DNA of 63,985 bases, filler included, from Basidioascus undulatus (Eukaryota), in NCBI GenBank assembly GCA_000826855.1. It is 4 parts of 4 records of this genome, joined end to end, with 100 filler letters (N's around TTAATTAATTAA, not from the genome) between each part and the next. Parts side by side here need not be neighbours in the genome. Positions count along the whole stretch, not along the records: positions 49,879 to 63,985 come from JTLS01000758.1; 3 more parts are not named here. One strand, 5' to 3'. The notes beneath the pieces were generated by a model. The model saw only the letters and a program-made list of their open reading frames with translations. It did not search any database and was not told where the DNA came from. Shown here in pieces: positions 49,984-62,651 of the stretch. The position numbers were made by a program, and so were the translations under genes. The stretch's first letter is position 1; every line of letters begins with the position of its first letter.

Positions 49984-50801
49984 TCACGATATGTACTGTT
50001 GACAGGTATGCCACAGCCAGCACCCTACCATTCCTCGTTGTCGGAGAGCTACTCGTAAAGACCTCAGGCCGATTAACATGAGACGCACCAGCAGAATGAC
50101 CACCCAGCCAAGAAGAATCTCGCATGCCACCAGGTCGACGTGCAGGGGCACCTTGCCCTCACGGTGCTTGAATCCGGGAGCGCCTGTAACCTTCCAAAAA
50201 TCAGTCCAACAGCGGTTGTAAAGCATTAGGTGTGCATCAGGCCAACCTTGTCAAGTACTGCCACGTCGTCTCGTCGTCGTAGTTGGCAATGAAGATCTGA
50301 AAGGTCAAGGAGACCCATTAATTGAAATTCTGAGATAAAGGAAGCCTGGGAACGACGCACCTTCTTCGCCCAGACCGTCAAAAAGTCCTTGCAGAACTTA
50401 ATCTGCTCCTTGTCGAGCGTGAGCTCGTCCAGCGAACCTGCGAGCTTGCCCGCGTAGCGTTCGTTCCGGCGGAGGAAGACCTATGCACCCCAGAGCATCA
50501 GTGTTCCCTCCTCATAGAGTAGTATTTCGAAAATAGACTTCATTTGCTTCGGTAGTCGTAGGTGAAGAGCTGTACGTAGACTTGATCGACAACCTGTTAA
50601 CGCCGGCTGTTGGTTCAATGTTGGGAAGCCGGCTGAAGTGCAAATACGCACCGTTGGGACCAAGGGCCCCACGAGCGGTGCGACTTTGCGCAGCGCGTGG
50701 ACAGCGTGCTTGTCGAAGCCGATGAAGTCGCGCAGCCAAGCGACGCGGTACGCAAGGTCGTTGTGTAGGCGGGTGCGGTCGACCTGCTCATTGAAGGCCA
50801 A
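49984..50801 (-). pseudogene. Fungal protoglobin-domain gene, probably disrupted
   Basis: VDRTRLHNDLAYRVAWLRDFIGF, APLVGPLVPT|VVDQVYVQLFTYD, LDELTLDKEQIKFCKDFL, WQYLDKVGLMHT, GAPGFKHR..PLHVD; no canonical GT donor at two expected introns (~50545, ~50230). Confidence 0.72.
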
Positions 50802-51344
50802 GGGGTGTCCGCCGAGTCAGGCACGATCTCAACACCTGGCGCGGCTAATTGGTAGCCACCGGCTACCGCCGGACGACCTTCACCAGACGCTGCATTCTGA
50901 GCTCTTGTTTCCTCCAATATTGCTTCATATCCGTGGACTTTGGAAGTAGTTTGTCCGGACCTGAGCCGTGCGCGCGGAAAGGCTAAAGGCTGCGAACCCG
51001 TCCTGGGGGCATTCAAGCGAGGCATCGACAGAGAAAAGATTAAATACTGAGTGAGGATGACAGAAAGCAGGCAGCTCTTGTAGCGCTCACAGTCCTCGAT
51101 GCCTGCGCCCTGGCTGCACTCACAAAAGCATGGCACGGTATTGGTATCAGAACGGCTGGACAGCTATGGGCAGACTGCCAGCAGTGAGAATGGAGGGCGC
51201 ATTGCACCGGGGGTTTGTAAGTTCTCTCGAGGCTGGCTGTCTGGCCTCACTAAGTCCGATGAGGCATTGCACCTTGCGAAGCCTAAGCTGACTATTGTTG
51301 GTGAAGTCAGAGATACCTTCACTATTCACTACTCACGCAGCCTT

Positions 51345-51480
51345 GCAGCTCTTGCTAGCACTCAAGGCGAGGCCAGCGGCTCTCGTAGCGCGCAGGACCG
51401 CTCCGGCAGCTCTTATAGCACTCTAACCATCCGGCAGCTCTTGAGGCGCACAGGACAAGGCAGCTCTTGTAGCTCACAGA
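51345..51480. repeat. Degenerate minisatellite, five units of about 26-31 bp with core GCAGCTCTTGTAGC
   Basis: Cores start at 51345, 51376, 51406, 51434 and 51460; an isolated exact core at 51071. Confidence 0.75.
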
Positions 51481-51933
51481 AAGATTAATATATTGTACGA
51501 TGGCCTATACGGGCCGGTGGTCAATGGTCGAAGAAAGTTAAAAAAAGATGTAGGGCGGCTGCCTACTCGGCAGGCTCAGCGGCACGCGGGTGAACATTAT
51601 TAAGCGGCGATACAGGTCGAGCGTGGATAACGAGAGCGAGCTAGATTAAGAATTAAGTGGCTGCGGAAGAGAGAGAAGAGAGGAAGGGAGGACGAGGAAG
51701 AGAAAAGGCGAGCAAGAGGGACCAAGCAAGCCGTGAATGTGAGGCCGGACGAGCCGGAACAGCTCGAGCGCGTCCGGCCATCTTAGTGTCTGCAAGGGTG
51801 GACGGTCAGAGATCTTCTCCGCCCCTCATGTTGAATTACCAAGCAAAGTCTACTGATGCCAAAGATCTTCGAGCATACAGCCTATCGCGCTACCGCTGCT
51901 CTAACGCTCCATTGAACTCGCCCCGACAGCCAC

Positions 51934-52880
51934 ATGCTCCAAGCTTGTGAAAATGCTCCACCAGCAAAGGAGCATCCTGAACTACTCATCCTCCTTCAGA
52001 TTCGATCAATTGTAGTTTCCGGACTCGTCAATTCGGCAGATATCGTCTACTTGGCGCTTGGCTCCATGACTCAACTGGAGCACGTCAGCTTCATTTCACT
52101 GCCTGACCTATATAAGGTCAGACCCAATCCAGAGGTAACTTTCTGGACACCCGGTTCGGAGCTGCCGTTCGACGTTTCGCTCGATTTCGCCACGCTGCAG
52201 TCGAAGGACTCCCTCAAATCCCTGTATGGACTGCTCACAAATGAGCCGATCTCATTTACCGTGCCTTTCTTGAACACCGTCTCGCACTTGACCTCCTGCA
52301 TATTAATATCGATAACGGAACGGCCTTCATCGTTAGACAGCAGCTTTCTTGCCTCGCCTCTGCGGGCTCGAGTGGACCGCCGAGAACAACGAAGCTTGGA
52401 CTGCTTCACTCGAAGTACTCCGCCATGCCAACCTCCATCTTTGACTGGACTGTACCTATCGACTTCTGCCCAATCACATGGTGATTTGACTGCTATGTTG
52501 CAGTGCCTCGGGGCAAACATTCAATCTCTCTCAATTTTACCTAGCCAGATGCAAGATCAGTCCGATGTCTATTGTCCTGCCCAAGGCTTCAGAAGCTCCA
52601 GATTGTTGAAACTGTCACTGTTTCTCCCTGGAGTTTGCTTGTTGACTTGATGCACGCTTCGCTTACAGAGCTACTGCTTGTTGTCCAAACAAAAGTAGCC
52701 TTGACGGTTTCGAGAATTTCTTTCAACAATTATCCATGGAGTGTCTGCCTCGGCTTTCAAAAATTGAAATGATCTCAGTGGAACTCCTGCCAGAAGACAC
52801 TGAAGGCTGGTATGACCGCTGCAAAGGCATACTCGCGACAAAGGCATTGTACTTTCAATTGTGGGAGTTTGAGACCCCGT
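51934..52880 (+). pseudogene. Decayed LRR-like gene, paralogous to 61484-62651
   Basis: MTQLEHVSF, SKDSLKSL, LGANIQSLSI, SCPRLQKLQI, CLPRLSKI spread over three frames. Confidence 0.6.
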
Positions 52881-53207
52881 TATGTTTGTGTATCATGTAT
52901 ATTTTTGGCCCCATTTGGTGGACATGTCTCGCTGCTGTCTTGGAGGTATTGTCGCCATGGCGCGGAAAGTGAAAGAGCTTGAAGGCAGAATGCGGTGTAT
53001 CCTGAGGCGCTCCGTTTGCACTGGTCTGACCGAAAAAAAAATGAGGAGGATCGACTGGAAATGTTGCCTCAGATTCAGCCTCGTATAGAGGCGCAAGGCA
53101 GCCAGTGATTTACAATTCACAAGTTCGCAGTGCGCCAATCTGTTGGCTTGTCCGGACAGTGGCATGTGTGAACTGAGGTGGTATGTATCCATGCCATCCA
53201 TAAACGG

Positions 53208-54335
53208 TCAACGAACTTGACAGTTGTGAAGCCAGAAAGTGTGAGCCTCCACAACCTCGGCCAAATCGTCTCCGTCGAGATAGCTGTCAAAATCGATATG
53301 TTCTATGGACGGGAAGTTCCCAATAAGAATCGAGGTGAGCCCTTCCAAGATTTCTGGCAAGTCGTCTTCGGACATTAGGGTGATCTGAAGATATCGGAGC
53401 GTGGGCGGAAGAGCGTGCACGAATGCAACGACATCTCCTTTAGTGTGTAGATCTGTGACGAGGAATCGCAGAGAGCGGCAATTCGAGATGAGAGCTGATG
53501 AAACGGGTGTCGAATAAAATGTAAGGCTTCAATAGTCTGCAGGTTTGAGCCATGTCGAGCGAAGAAACACTGAAGAGCATCGCCATTCCAACCAACGCCG
53601 GCGAACGAGACTTCGTTGAGAGCGGGAAAGGTACCACATGCAAAGGGAATCAGGACACGCCGAGCAGCGGTTGATGCTTCGTTGTCGTCAAGTTGGAGAC
53701 TTGCAAGTTTCGGAAGCTCAGGAGGTTCGTCGAAGGCGACAGCGAGGAGTGGACTCTTTCTCCCCACTGACGATGCACCGGAGCGTGCGAAGTTCGGAAA
53801 AGCGACCGAGCTCTTTCAGGCACTCGTATGCGAGCGCGTCGAAGCACACATCGAGGATTGTGAGAGTATGAACGTTGCTGGTGGCGAGTGCATGGAGGGT
53901 GACAGATCCCAGACGCCGGTGGGAGATCCCCCTTTTCAAGACGGCAAGCGAGGGAGAGTACGTGCGGCATCGAAGTCGAATCAAAGGTGGTATCAGCGGA
54001 ATCGAGAGAAGCGCTGAGCTCTCGAGTATGGCGCAGAGGTTGGCGCCCTGCGAGTTCGAAAGATCCGAGCAAGCGAGCGAATCGATCAAGCCACCCCTCT
54101 TTTTTGAGCGTGATGCACCGATAACGAATGGGTTCGGACAAGAGCTGTCAATGGACAGGCTGTTAGAACCTCATACACTACCCCACAATCCAACGCCCAA
54201 GGAAAACGCACATCCCAGGTTTGCAGACCATCGCGAGCACCAACCCCTTCTTCATACGTTCCTCCTCAAAATGCTATCGTCGATTATGAGCTTGAGAACG
54301 CGATACCAGATCTCCGCGAGAAGGTCTATGATCAT
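53208..54335 (-). pseudogene. F-box/LRR-like gene with stops and frameshifts
   Basis: MIIDLLAEIWYRVLKLI, EPIRYRCITL, FSELRTLRC, LPKLASLQL, FPALNEVSF, LPPTLRYLQI, FPSIEHIDF in different frames. Confidence 0.7.
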
Positions 54336-54804
54336 GTTTGAGTTGGAGTAAGGGCGGAGGTGAGAACGAGGATGCGAAGATGGTGAAGGGACGAAGACAG
54401 GTGCTGCGCTCGATCGCGCAGGTTCATGACGACTCGCTCCACCACCTTGCAAGGCTAGCACAGCCAAGCTGGTACTGGGATGCGCGCACATTCTTCAGGG
54501 AATAGCACTACCAGACTCCACTCATCTTACCAGTGGCTGGCTCAAGTCTGTGACAGAGCAGATTCAGAGCTGCCAAAGATGAGATAGCGGGAGCGATCTC
54601 ACAGTCTTCCCGGCTTGTCCTCCTGCAGGGAAGGCGGCCACCCATGGAGCTGTGGCCCTACCTGAGGACACCTATCTTTACCCACCGCCGCTCTCTTACT
54701 AGACTCATGGTTTCACAACACAACTTGGCAGTGGAACCCCATCGCAGACACAGACATTACCTTATTCATCACACACTCCGCCTCTGCCGCTTCTGCGGAG
54801 CGGA

Positions 54805-55251
54805 GTGCGAGATGAGGTTCACGCTGTTATGCGATTTCGTCTCCCACAGCTTGTCCACTTACGCACAGCATTTCTTGCAGACCTGGATCAGCTGGCACCT
54901 GAGCTACAATCCCTGCGGACAGTGGGCAGTGAGTTGGGGTATCTGAGGTCAGTTTGCTGGCACTCAAAGACAGGAGCAGCACTAGCTCGCACTGTACACC
55001 ACATATCGGGGGTCTATGATGCCTGCAGTATCTACACACCATCTCAACAAGAGCTTGCAGCATGGCAGCAGGGAGCCCACTTCCCAGCGTGCACTACAGC
55101 ACAACTCTTGGACATCAACGCAACCCTCTATCCTCTTGGCAGTGACCTGAGTCAGAGCCTGAAGAGACAGATGTGCATGATGACTGAAATATTCCATGCA
55201 ATGGAGTCAGATCAAGGGCCACCGGGTGTTAAACACATACAGAGCACCTGA
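54805..55251 (+). pseudogene. Possible LRR-like remnant
   Basis: FRLPQLVHLRTAF, APELQSLRTV, FPACTTAQLL; no clear start or F-box. Confidence 0.3.
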
Positions 55252-56667
55252 GCAGCACCTGGCAGGGGCAAGGAGATCGCCGAGTCTCAGCACTTTTTTG
55301 GTTGTAGAGTGATTGTTTATCTTTTGAGATCCTGGCCCTCCCTCACCCCCCCAGACTATGCCGCAGGGTGTTGCAGATACTGTCGGTATTGGCTTGCATG
55401 CTGGGAGTCGCGCCAAGCGAGGACCATCATCCAGAGCTGTTCACTGGTAGCTACATTCTGTCAATGTGCTTTGCCATACCCCCGCTGCGCCCTACCTGAC
55501 TGAAATGCAACCCAGAGCCAAAACTCATTGACCTCCCCAGACTGAAAGCCACCGCTTCAATTTTTTAACAACACCCAAGAGAGCAAGACCGGCACGGTGG
55601 ATGGATGACTGCAGGCCGGGGTGAGGGAAGCACAGGGTTGTGGCCGCTAGCAGTGAACCACGGATGTACCGAGGAAGGTTATAATGATTATTCAATTTAT
55701 GCGGTCCGTAGCTGCCCGAGGGCGCAAGGAGGGACCGTCGGCCTTTAATCGGTTTTAAGCGAGGTTACATAGCGTCGTCGCCGTCAGGCTCAAAGTGCAG
55801 AGGCAGGGCGTAATAAGAGCTACCAAGAAGGGGGAGGAAAGACAACACTAGAAAAGGGGGGGGAGGGGAGTAGGGTGAACGCGACGGCGGACGGGCGAGG
55901 CACCCCTCGAGGAGGCACCCCGCTCGCCCTTCAACGCACGGCGGGCGGCTAGCCAGGCTGATTCGCTGTCCCAAAATAGCATTAGAAAGGGGGGAGGGGG
56001 GAAGACATCTTATGCGGGAGGGGGAAGGGATATCTTGGCGAAGGCGTCCGTATTGCCGATGTAACGAGCGACTTTGAACACGCCGTCTTTCGAGCCGGAC
56101 AGGTCGGCGAGCGTCAAGGTCTACCCATCCTCATATCGTAGTAAGTGTACCGAGGACGGCTGTTGTGCGGAGGTTTGGATCCCTAGCTGGCCGAACAAGT
56201 ACATCCATACTACACCACCACACCCGTACGATTCCCGAGCCTACCTCGGCCACTTACATTAACAAACATCAGTACATTCTACAAGAAACCAAACCTGATA
56301 AGTTTGTACTTGTCGACAGTTTCTATTCGTCGACGTCCGAGCGCCGCACACCCAGAATCCCAAGCGAGCTGGCTGTTCGCGGCATTCAGTTCTCACTTTG
56401 CAACGGGTGCCAGTGCATTATTCAGGGTGGCATGTAACAAGAACAGGGTGTATCAAGTGTAATGAGAGGTAAGGGTGTCAAGTGCCCAGGTATGAACCAG
56501 TTACAACAAAAGAAGGAGAACAATTAAGACGGCAGCGTGGAGCCAGCGGAGACGCGCCTTCAAGCAAGGAAGGTAATTTTGTCACTGTCCACTAGTTTCC
56601 ACCTCCGCTCCAACCCTCGCCCTTCGATAGATTATGTATTTCAAAGATCTAGCATACTACTCCCCCT

Positions 56668-58954
56668 CTACGGGGACGGAGCCTCGGTAGCGGTCGCCCT
56701 GGGCGCGGCCTTCTCGGGCGTCTCGGACGAGTGGCGCGAGGGCGCCTTGTCCGACGCAGGGCCAGACTCGCCGCCATCGCCGCCGCCCCACTGGCGCTGG
56801 AAGGAGACGAAGTCGTCGGCGATCTCGCCGAGCTCGAAGTCGTCCATGCCGATGATCTCAGCCTGAAAGAGGAACGGCGCGAGGGTCAGCTCGGATGGGT
56901 GAAAGCAGAGTGTGGGTGCGGCTGCGTACCTCCTCCGATGCACGGAACTTGAGGCCCGGGACGATGTTGATGAGGAAGAGGAGGATGTAGGACTGTAGGC
57001 GAGAAGAGAGGCAGCGTAAGGGTATATTGGGCGTTGCCGCGTTATGGGGGGGCAGAGAACAGAGACGCACGAGGACGAAAGAGTAAGCAAAGGTGGCACA
57101 AGTGTCGGCGAGCTGGTAGCCCATTTGGCGGTAGTGATGATCAATCCAGCCACCAGGGATTGCGTCGCTTCCGCTGTTAATTTTAACCCACAGTCAGTAC
57201 AGGAGAGGCGTGATGAAACAGGAAAGCGAGGAGACGCACTCGAAGGACGCAACAGTGGACTGGGCAAAGAACGCGGTGAGGAGGTTGCCGACGATGCCAC
57301 CGACGCCATGTGCGGCAAAGATGTCAAGTGCGTCGTCGTAGCCAAAAATGTTCTTCAGGCGCGTGGCAAAGTTGCAGGCCGCACCGCCGCAGACACCGAT
57401 GAGGAGAGCGGCGGGCGTGCCGACGTAGCCGGAGGCGGGGGTGATGGCGACGACTGTGGACCGGGTTGGGAACAGAAGGCGTCAGAATACAGTTTATTTG
57501 TACAGAAGAAAGGAAAATATGGAAAGAGACACACGACCGCCGATGACACCGGAGCAGAAACCGACAGCGGAAAGCTTCTTCTCGAGACTGTTGAGGTAGA
57601 CATTGACTGTCAGATAATGGCTGCGAGAGATGTATGGATACATTCAGAAAAAGCGCACCGGTAGTCAAGCATCATCCAGGTTAGACCTCCCGCAGAAGCA
57701 GCGATGTTGGTGACGAGGGTAGCCTGCACAGCGCGGAGGTTCGCCCCGAGGGCGGAACCGCCGTTGAAGCCGGTCCAGCCGAACCAGAGGAAGACCGTAC
57801 CGAGGATGACTGCAGGTGTTCAAAAGTGTCATGCTTCATAAGCTTGTCATTATACGGAGAAAGGAGGCCGAGAAGACCCACCGAGAGTGGGCGAGTGCGG
57901 GCGGTACGCGAGCTGCGCGGTGCCGTAGCCGCGGCGGCGACCGATGAAGATCGAGTAGGCGAGTGCGGCCGTGCCGGACGCGATGTGAACCGGCGAACCA
58001 CCGGCGAAGTCGAGGCCGCCGAGTTTGCTGCACGAGGACGAGGTGTTGTTAGTGAAGTTGGCCACAAGCATTTCCGGCCATCACAAAAGACACACTAGAT
58101 CCAGCCGTTGCTGTTCCAGGTCCAGCAGGCAATCGGGTTGTAAACGATCTGAAAATGACCCGATAGACAGGTCAGTCCTGTGTCGCTCAACCGCCCAAGG
58201 AAGGAAACTCACGGTGGTCCAGCAGAAAGCGAAAACGAGGGACGGGCCGAGACGGCCGCGCTCAGCGATGGCGCCGAGGGCAATGGCGACAGTGATGCAG
58301 GCGAAAGCGCCCTGGTAGAGAGCGTGGAGGAGCATGGGGACAGTGCCCATCGACTGCTCAAGCACGCCCTTGAGACCACCGTACTTGAGCGTGCCGATGT
58401 AGGGCGTGCCGTCGTCCGCGAACGTGAGGGAGTATCCCCAGATGCTGTGGTGAAGATGGGAGGATGAGCGGACCTTTATGAAAGGAAGGCGGGGGAAGAT
58501 GAACGTACAACCACTCGATGGAGACCACAGCAATGGCGAGCAGGGACATGAACATCAACGACAGCGCGTTTTTGCGCCTTGACAGACCACCATAGAAGAA
58601 CCCGAGTCCTGAGTGTCCAAGGTTTGAGCAACTTGTACTACTGAGCTTCCTGGTTCCGAACTTCGAAGATGACTCACCAGGAATCATGAGCCAGACGAGG
58701 GCGTAGCTGTGCCAGTACAAACTTGTTCAGTCTGCGCCCACAGTGCGTTGCAGCCAATCCAATGTAATTTACCTGAGAATTATGAACCTGCGTAGGGGAA
58801 TATTCAGCATCTCTTGGGTCTACAAAGTAGTGTAACCGCCAATCACTCACGCAATGTCGCCGTTGTTGTACTGGACAACATCAGGGGTGTCCGGGTTGTA
58901 CTGGACGTTGCCCTCGTCCGAGAACGTTGCGTTGAGGCGGTTACCGAGCACCAT
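56668..58954 (-). CDS. Ammonium transporter (Amt/Mep family), multi-exon, both pore histidines retained
   Basis: GLGFFYGGLSRRKNALS, WGYSLTF, YQGAFACIT, AERGRLGP, DFAGGSPVHIASG, WFGWTGFNGGS, VAITPASG, YDDALDIFAAHGVGG; includes a 15-nt exon at 58773-58787. Confidence 0.96.
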
Positions 58955-59158
58955 GGTGGAAGAGCTCGTCGGCGGGGGAGGAGGTGTTGGTGGTCGGAGA
59001 AGAAGGCGTGCCCCGAGTCAGTGGTGCCGGTGGGTGTGTGATGCTGTGTGTCGCCGAGGAACAGCGGGCCGCGAGGGAAGGATGTTGAGGGAAGAAGGAC
59101 AAGGGGAGTCGTTTGGGGCTTCTTAATGTCCTGCCCGGGTAGGCGCGGTGCAGGCAGA

Positions 59159-60239
59159 GATAAGGGGCGTACTGCCCAGTGGATGTTTGGTTGCCGCGAT
59201 CCGTTATCGTTGCAACTCGGACCGGCCTTCGCCAAGCCCAAGCTCGTTGGTCTCATTTCTTGCCTCTCAGTCCTAGTCAATTTCAGAGTCATCCTGGCTC
59301 TAAATTTCACAGTTCCATGCCTCCAAGGAGCTACCTTCCGCCTCGACGGCACAGGCGAAGGAAGAAAAGCGGGCCTCGACATATCAACAAGTCTGGCTGC
59401 AATTGGCTTGACGAGACTTCCGGGAACCCATGACAGCTGTGCGACAGGTGCACATTGTCTGCCTCCGCCTCGAGTGCCTTTTCTATGTGGCGTTCCTGTA
59501 CCTGAAACGATGCGCGATAACAGAACCAAAGCGAAGGCGAAGTCCAAGATTGAGGCGCGGGGCCAGCCAATGGCAGCGCGTTTCGGTCTCGCTCGTATCT
59601 TGCCTTCCCGCCTCCTCCCACGTCCATCCGACAGTGTCGTGAGCGTTCTTTTGGCCCGAGACTTAAATGAACGTCGAGCTGCTCGACAAGACCTAAGTCC
59701 TCGCCCCAGCCTCATGGTGTCCTCTTGTGCCTCTTGGAAGCCTTCGATGCGATAAGCGGACAGATGCCCTCAACTGCGAGTCCGACTTCCTCGCCCTGTC
59801 GGCATCACGACCCTGTTTTCATGTTGCATATGCCTTTTTTCGAAAATCCTCGGACAGAGCCAAAAGGCTGTGCAGCTGCGCAGGTAAACAGGGGCCGCTG
59901 CCGATATGTGCAGCATGGAACCGCATCCCCAGGTGCGCTCACGAGTGTCACGAAGCAATTTGACCGGTGTAGATAAATGTTATCTATTGCAGTCGAATCT
60001 TGGCGGCCGGGGATCACAGGATGCAGAAAAGAGGGCAGCTTGCCCCGTCAGCTGGACGTGTGTAAATGGGACACTGAAAAACTCTTGGCCGAGTATTCAA
60101 TCAGCGTGCTGAAAATTAATGCACCGAATCTCGAGACGTTTTTAAAGACTGTGCGCAGGGTAGGTGGTCTGCTTGAGAGCCGCTGTTACGCCGGATGCTT
60201 GGGTACGTTGCGACTTTTCTTGCGTCCATGTCGGGATAA
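59159..60239. promoter_or_regulatory. Cluster of GATAA elements upstream of the ammonium transporter
   Basis: GATAA or TTATC at 59159, 59204, 59516, 59751, 59972, 59980 and 60235. Confidence 0.5.
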
Positions 60240-61483
60240 TTCGCACTATTAAGTCTTTTCCATGATTTCATTGCCCTTAGTTTGAAATCATCAGGCTGCC
60301 GATCTTCTGAGCTCAACTCCACGCGCAGGTGTCTGTCATCACTGCGCGTATTGAACAACGCTGAGAAAAGCGTGAGGAGCAGACAATGTAGACCATTCGG
60401 AATAAGCTAAGAGTTGCTCGCCTGTGTTTTGGACGTTTGTCCGCGGCGCTGCAACCGTTTCAATCAACCCAGCTTTCCCGAGATGAGACACTTGTTAATA
60501 GCTGAGATCTTAAGCATGCCTCAAGTTGTTATTGAGTGAGCTAGTTTTCTTGATGAAAGTGTCCGGACCCTGAGGACGGGTTGAAGGTTGGGTTTAAGCG
60601 TCTGTGTTGCTTGCAGACCGTACATAATATTGTTTGCGACAAATTGCCTACCGGCTTGCTTTGCCTACCAATATTAATTGGCATCCCATGTCTGCTTGAA
60701 GCGCAGAAGAGTTGGTGCACGATCTGCAGGCGTACGTTGCCGTGTGAGCGGTAGGAGTGGACCACACGAGCTACTGTCTGCGAGCCTGAATGTGCCGTAG
60801 TGGCCATGAATTACTCCACGTAAAACATTTCACCGGAAGAACGACCCGTTCCTCTTACAGCAGTATTGACTGCAGAACTTGCTCCCACAGCCCGAGCGTC
60901 AAAAGGCGGGACAGAACTGGCCGCCCACCCGTATACAAGCTCTCCGTCTCCCAAGACCTAATCAGTCCAGCTTCGGATAATGGTTAAATGAATCTGTGTA
61001 TGTTCGTACGGCCCGTCCGGACTGTGCTCGACGACCCTCCGTCTACAGGTGTCCCAAAGTTGGCAGTCGGGGACAAGAATGCTGGTCTGCGCGACGCAAG
61101 CATACAAACATGGCTTTGAGACAAGTGGTCCATAGTGATAATGCTTGCTGAAGCTGTTGACTGTGGCGAGACAGAACTCGAGTGACCACTTGAGGTGAGA
61201 GCGACACAAACCGCACAGATGATATTCGTACGTTTGTATAAGTAAGAAAATCTGTGCTCCTTCAAAAAACAAGCTCCCATGGGAGACTGAAAGTCGTTGC
61301 ACCGTCTCCGCATTCCTGAGCCTTCGAGCGCTTGCCGGGCATCTCACATTGTAAAAGGTGAAGTTTTAGACGGTCGGCACACTGCAGGTCGAGAATTGAG
61401 GGGGTCTTCAAACTCAGAGTCGGTTCATCCTGCCTAGGAAAGCCAAGGGCTGCTGCAAACCCCGAAAACCCGAGAACAGTTAC

Positions 61484-62651
61484 TCAATTATAACGACAGC
61501 TACACCTCCTTGCGACATAGCTCCAACGAATCTTGATACACTTGGCCTTTAGCACCACCTCCATACGCTCGATCCAAAGTTGGAAGCCGGTCACCATTTC
61601 GTCGTCGATTTCCAGCACGTACAGTATAATGCTGCACAACCGTGGGAGCCCGTCACGAGCTATATTCTTGAAGAATTCCTCGAGATGGTCTAATAGGCTC
61701 GGTTCCCACTGGGTATATAAGCCAAGAATAGCAAGCAGAGGATGCGATAAGTTGAACAGCGGACACCCTGGACATACGGGTGTGTGGTCAATGACGAGAG
61801 TGTCGATGTTCGGACAGGATGCCAACCGCCCAGTGGTCACCAACCCCTCGTGCGAAGCAATAAGCCCAAGCTTCCGGATGTTTGCCCCCATACTCTCGAA
61901 GATTCCGGTCGCAGCCAACGGTGGGTTGGAGTGGTCCAAGATATTGAGCTCAGTCAAGCATGGAAGCGTCGCGCGGCGCAGCACCTCACTCGAAGCCACC
62001 CAGGACTCGGCGCCGGCGGTGCACCAATTCAGCTTTCGTAGATGAGGTAAGGAAAGTATGTAAATATTGGTTGTGGACAGGCCTTCGAGCACGAACGCCA
62101 CTTGCAGGTTGGTCAAGAAACGGCACGACGACGGACAGACGCTCGTGAAGTACATTCCAGAGGTCCAGAGAGAGGGAAGTGAGCGAGTCCTCGAACGAGA
62201 ACGCAGCATGCTTGAGGGCATTGTCGAACGGCACGAATGAGTGTCTGATCGTGCCGATTTTATCCAGCATAGTCATCGAGGCAATGGCCTCAAAAAGTGC
62301 GTCCGGTGCGTCTTCAGATTGATCACCGAAGATGTCGATCGGTCAAAATCATCGAAGCGAGAGAACGACCCGAGGCGCGTTCGAGGTGCAGCGACTGGAT
62401 CAGCTTGGAGCAGGTCGCGGTGGAGCCAATGTCGGTGGCGTTGTAGAGCAGCGGCACCGCGGTAGGCTGAACCCCCCAAGATCGTCAGGACCCAGGGAAT
62501 GCTGTGAGTCCGCTGGAACAAAAGCACTCACCATCCAATCCTTGCAGACCAGCAGGTACTGGAGCTTGTCTGCGGCCGGGGCGTCGGCGGTGACAAACTT
62601 GAGAATCGTCGAAAGCAGCTCGGACGGGAGGGTGTCCATGGGGCCAGGCAT
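61484..62651 (-). pseudogene. F-box/LRR-like gene with stops and frameshifts
   Basis: MDTLPSELLSTILKFV...LLVCKDW (F-box); LPHLRKLNW, LPCLTELNI, SCPNIDTLVI, GLPRLCSIIL; stops near 62340-62400 and a frame change near 62115. Confidence 0.75.

Noticed and set aside
51345..51480. CRISPR-like repeat-spacer array
   Set aside because: Cores are only ~14 bp and degenerate, linkers are 12-17 bp, the context is eukaryotic and no cas genes are present
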